Assembly: GCA_964016885.1 (NCBI GenBank)
Contig: OZ024740.1
Span: 434,434,001 to 434,498,000, forward strand
DNA from: Eledone cirrhosa
Taxonomy: Eukaryota
Direction: 5' to 3'
Length of the DNA: 64,000 nt
The notes beneath the pieces are model-generated. The model saw only the letters and a program-made list of their open reading frames with translations, did no database searches and was not told where the DNA came from. How positions within the stretch are numbered: the first letter of the stretch is position 1; each line of letters opens with the position of its first letter. Both the position numbers and the translations under genes were made by a program. Below are positions 60,893 to 64,000 of the stretch, piece by piece.

Positions 60893-61250
60893 AGAGAGGA
60901 GAGAGAGAGAGTGTATATATATATATACAGAGAGAGAGAGAGTGGGATGTGTGTGTAGATAATATATAATAGAGAGGGAGAGAGAGAGAGTGTATATATA
61001 TATACACAGAGAGAGAGAGTGGGATGTGTGTGTAGATAATATATAATAGAGAGGGAGAGAGAGAGTGTATATATATATACAGAGAGAGAGAGAGTGGGAT
61101 GTGTGTGTAGATAATATATAATAGAGAGGGAGAGAGAGAGTGTATATATATATACAGAGAGAGAGAGAGTGGGATGTGTGTGTAGATAATATATAATAGA
61201 GAGAGAGAGAGTGGGATGTGTGTGTGTAGATAATATATAATATATATATA
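60893..61250. repeat. ~71-bp higher-order repeat of (AG)n-(TA)n-(AG)n-(TG)n, about 5 copies
   Basis: GTGGGATGTGTGTGTAGATAATATATAATAG recurs at regular spacing. Confidence 0.9.
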
Positions 61251-61542
61251 GAAAGGTTGTGAGTTCAATTCTCAGACCGGGTGATGTGTTGTTTCCTTGA
61301 GCAAGACACTTTATTTCACATTGCTCCAGTTTACTCAGCTGTAGAAATGAGATGGTAGGGACTGGGGTCCCTATCATTCCACTGTAAAGTGGTCGTGGAG
61401 GTGCCACGGCAAAAAAGCACCCAGCACTCACTGTAAATGAGGTTGGTGTTAGGAAGGGCATCCAGCTGTAGAAATCAAGCCAGAATCAGTTCCCGTCCCA
61501 CCCTTGCAAGCAGGGAAAAAGCGGACGTAAAATGAAATGATG
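61251..61542 (+). mobile_element. SINE family 1, 5'-truncated
   Basis: Near-identical to 11150-11431; intact B-box GAGTTCAATTC. Confidence 0.9.
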
Positions 61543-61579
61543 AATAGAGAGTGAGTGAGTGAGTGAGTGTGTATGTATG

Positions 61580-61612
<33 letters not shown>

Positions 61613-61876
61613 GGATGTGTGTGTGTGTGTGTAGATTGTATATATATATATATAGAGAGAGAAAAGGCGACCTGTTCGGTTTTCTCAATAACACCTAATT
61701 AAGAATGGTGGGGTAGCCCCTTGTAGGGAGAGAATGGTTAAAGAGTGTGACAGAGATAGGAAATAGTTCTAGAGTGAAATATTTTAGGTTAAGAGAAGGG
61801 ACAATGAGAAGGTCAGTGACCTTTTTGATTTTGAAGTGACTTAAGATGTCTTTGAACTTGACAAGTATATATGTGT

Positions 61877-62062
61877 ATTGTTTCTACTTTTGGCACAAGG
61901 CCAGCAATTATCTCAGTGTATTACTGGTACTTTATTTTATCGACCCCGTAAGGATGAAAGGCAAAATTAACCTCGGCGGGATTTGAACTCGGATCGTAAA
62001 GGGCCGTAATTCTTTGCTGCAATCCTGGCGTCAGACCCTCTACCGATACTGCCAATCCACCT
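61877..62062 (-). mobile_element. SINE family 2
   Basis: Colinear with 13555-13730 and 30317-30500. Confidence 0.85.
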
Positions 62063-62444
62063 GGTGATGTTTGAGTTTGATAAAAGATGTGGTTGAGAAA
62101 CAGATCAAGGCTGTTTAGAATGTCAGCCGTGATACTATTATACAGAGTTCAGGATGACAAAATATTCTGATAGTTAGTGAATGACTATTTTTAAAAGAAT
62201 ATTTGAAAATCATAGGAATTGTTTACCATTAGAAATATGGTATTGAAAGGGTTAAAGTGTTTATATTTATCTAAAAGCTCTCTGTTAATAGTATGTGTGA
62301 GAGGAGAGCAAAAACTGAGAGGAATTGTAAAAATTAAAGTCAACAAGGACATCCACAGAAGGGGTGATATGAGATAGGTATCATAGCTACTGGAGGATAT
62401 AGTTGAGATAGTGGTTGTAGGTGTTTAGAGAGCAGTACAGACAG

Positions 62445-62660
62445 CAGCTTGCCGACAGGTTTGCGGTTGTACCCTTGGCAGTGGAGACTTCTGGTGTCCT
62501 CGGCCCTAGGGTTATCTCTCTATTCACCACCACAGGCTCTGAGCTGGCCAGCCGCAGGTGTAACCCCTTGAGTTGGAATGGTTCTTCCAGCGCGTCTTCC
62601 TTGACATCCTCCGTGGAAACGCCTTCTCCATTCTGTCTGCCGGGGCTGTGGGGAGGGGAT
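62445..62660 (+). pseudogene. CRE-like non-LTR retrotransposon C-terminal (RLE endonuclease) fragment
   Basis: LADRFAVVPLAVETSGVLGP, then after a frameshift EWFFQRVFLDILRGNAFSIL, matching the F.P.AVET.G...QR.S...RGNA pattern. Confidence 0.7.
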
Positions 62661-62801
62661 CAATATGATTGACTGACACGTCAGTGGGTTGTGATGTGCT
62701 AAAGAAATATTTATATTCGATGTCATACCATTTCAAGAGCTTGTTTACTTAGAAGTTTATAAGTGAAGATTTGTGTCCTATGATAAATTAAACGAGATCA
62801 C

Positions 62802-63825
62802 TACAGGATGATATAGTTGAGCTGGGGTTGTAGGTGTTTGGGGAGTAGAACAGACAGCAGATACAGGGTGATATAGTTGAGCTGGGGTTGTAGGTGTTTG
62901 GAGAGTAGAACAGACAGCAGATACAGGGTGATATAGTTGAGCTGGGGTTGTAGGTGTTTGGAGAGTAGAACAGACAGCAGATACAGGGTGATATAGTTGA
63001 GCTGGGGTTGTAGGTGTTTGGGGAGTAGAACAGACAGCAGATACAGGGTGATATAGTTGAGCTGGGGTTGTAGGTGTTTGGAGAGTAGAACAGACAGCAG
63101 ATACAGGTTGATATAGTTGAGCTGGGGTTGTAGGTGTTTGGAGAGTAGAACAGACAGCAGATACAGGATGATATAGTTGAGCTGGGGTTGTAGGTGTTTG
63201 GAGAGTAGAACAGACAGCAGATACAGGGTGATATAGTTGAGCTGGGGTTGTAGGTGTTTCGGGAGTAGAACAGACAGCAGATACAGGGTGATATAGTTGA
63301 GCTGGGGTTGTAGGTGTTTGGAGAGTAGAACAGACAGCAGATACAGGGTGATATAGTTGAGCTGGGGTTGTAGGTGTTTGGAGAGTAGAACAGACAGCAG
63401 ATACAGGATGATATAGTTGAGCTGGGGTTGTAGGTGTTTGGGGAGTAGAACAGACAGCAGATACAGGGTGATATAGTTGAGCTGGGGTTGTAGGTGTTTG
63501 GGGAGTAGAACAGACAGCAGATACAGGGTGATATAGTTGAGCTGGGGTTGTAGGTGTTTGGAGAGTAGAACAGACAGCAGATACAGGATGATATAGTTGA
63601 GCTGGGGTTGTAGGTGTTTGGGGAGTAGAACAGACAGCAGATACAGGGTGATATAATTGAGCTGGGGTTGTAGGTGTTTGGGGAGTAGAACAGACAGCAG
63701 ATACAGGGTGATATAATTGAGCTGGGGTTGTAGGTGTTTGGAGAGTAGAACAGACAGCAGATACAGGGTGATATAATTGAGCTGGGGTTGTAGGTGTTTG
63801 GGGAGTAGAACAGACAGCAGATACA
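62802..63825. repeat. 60-bp tandem repeat, about 17 copies
   Basis: Successive 60-nt lines are nearly identical; a diverged solo monomer lies at 62389-62448. Confidence 0.98.
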
Positions 63826-64000
63826 TCAAAAGAAACAAAGGAGACTGGGTCAAAGGAACTTACAGGAATTGATTACAGGTATCAAGGTGAGTGGTGTAAA
63901 ATAAAATTCTAAATATACCTGGATCCTATCTTTCAGTGCAAAGATTGAATATAGAATGTAGCCCAGACAACAGAAATGGGCCAAAAATAAGGGGTAAGAA

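Noticed and set aside
62801-63853. 350-aa minus-strand repeat ORF
   Set aside because: By-product of the 60-bp unit, with no unique domain.

Overview
Gene-poor, AT-rich, repeat-saturated eukaryotic DNA. The tRNA-SINE types, (TA)n load and LINE mix suggest an invertebrate, most likely a cephalopod such as Octopus (inference). No host protein-coding gene can be supported; the long poly-Tyr/Ile ORFs are microsatellite artefacts. The window is a nested retroelement pile-up in (TA)n/(TACA)n arrays. It holds an intact-ORF RTE LINE with three C-terminal C2H2 fingers (1433-4978), two further RTE families with a PHD-like finger, and a full-length CR1-group LINE (ORF1 Myb/SANT-like + polyQ + 2x CCCH; ORF2 APE-RT) plus a truncated twin. 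It also holds Penelope-like (RT + GIY-YIG) remnants, Tx1/L1 and CRE fragments, two tRNA-SINE families, two mariner MITEs and several minisatellites. Two signals stand out. (1) Short fold-back elements in (TA)n that carry hammerhead-ribozyme cores; six HHR-like motifs occur in the window, probably Penelope termini. (2) An AUG-less CR1 ORF2 that overlaps ORF1 in the -1 frame across two in-phase canonical slippery heptamers, a candidate programmed -1 frameshift. Also notable: a LINE whose 3' UTR is a compound microsatellite hit by other elements, a bipartite RTE derivative, LINEs with a SINE-like 3' UTR, and (TAACCC)5 inside an 8-kb minisatellite.
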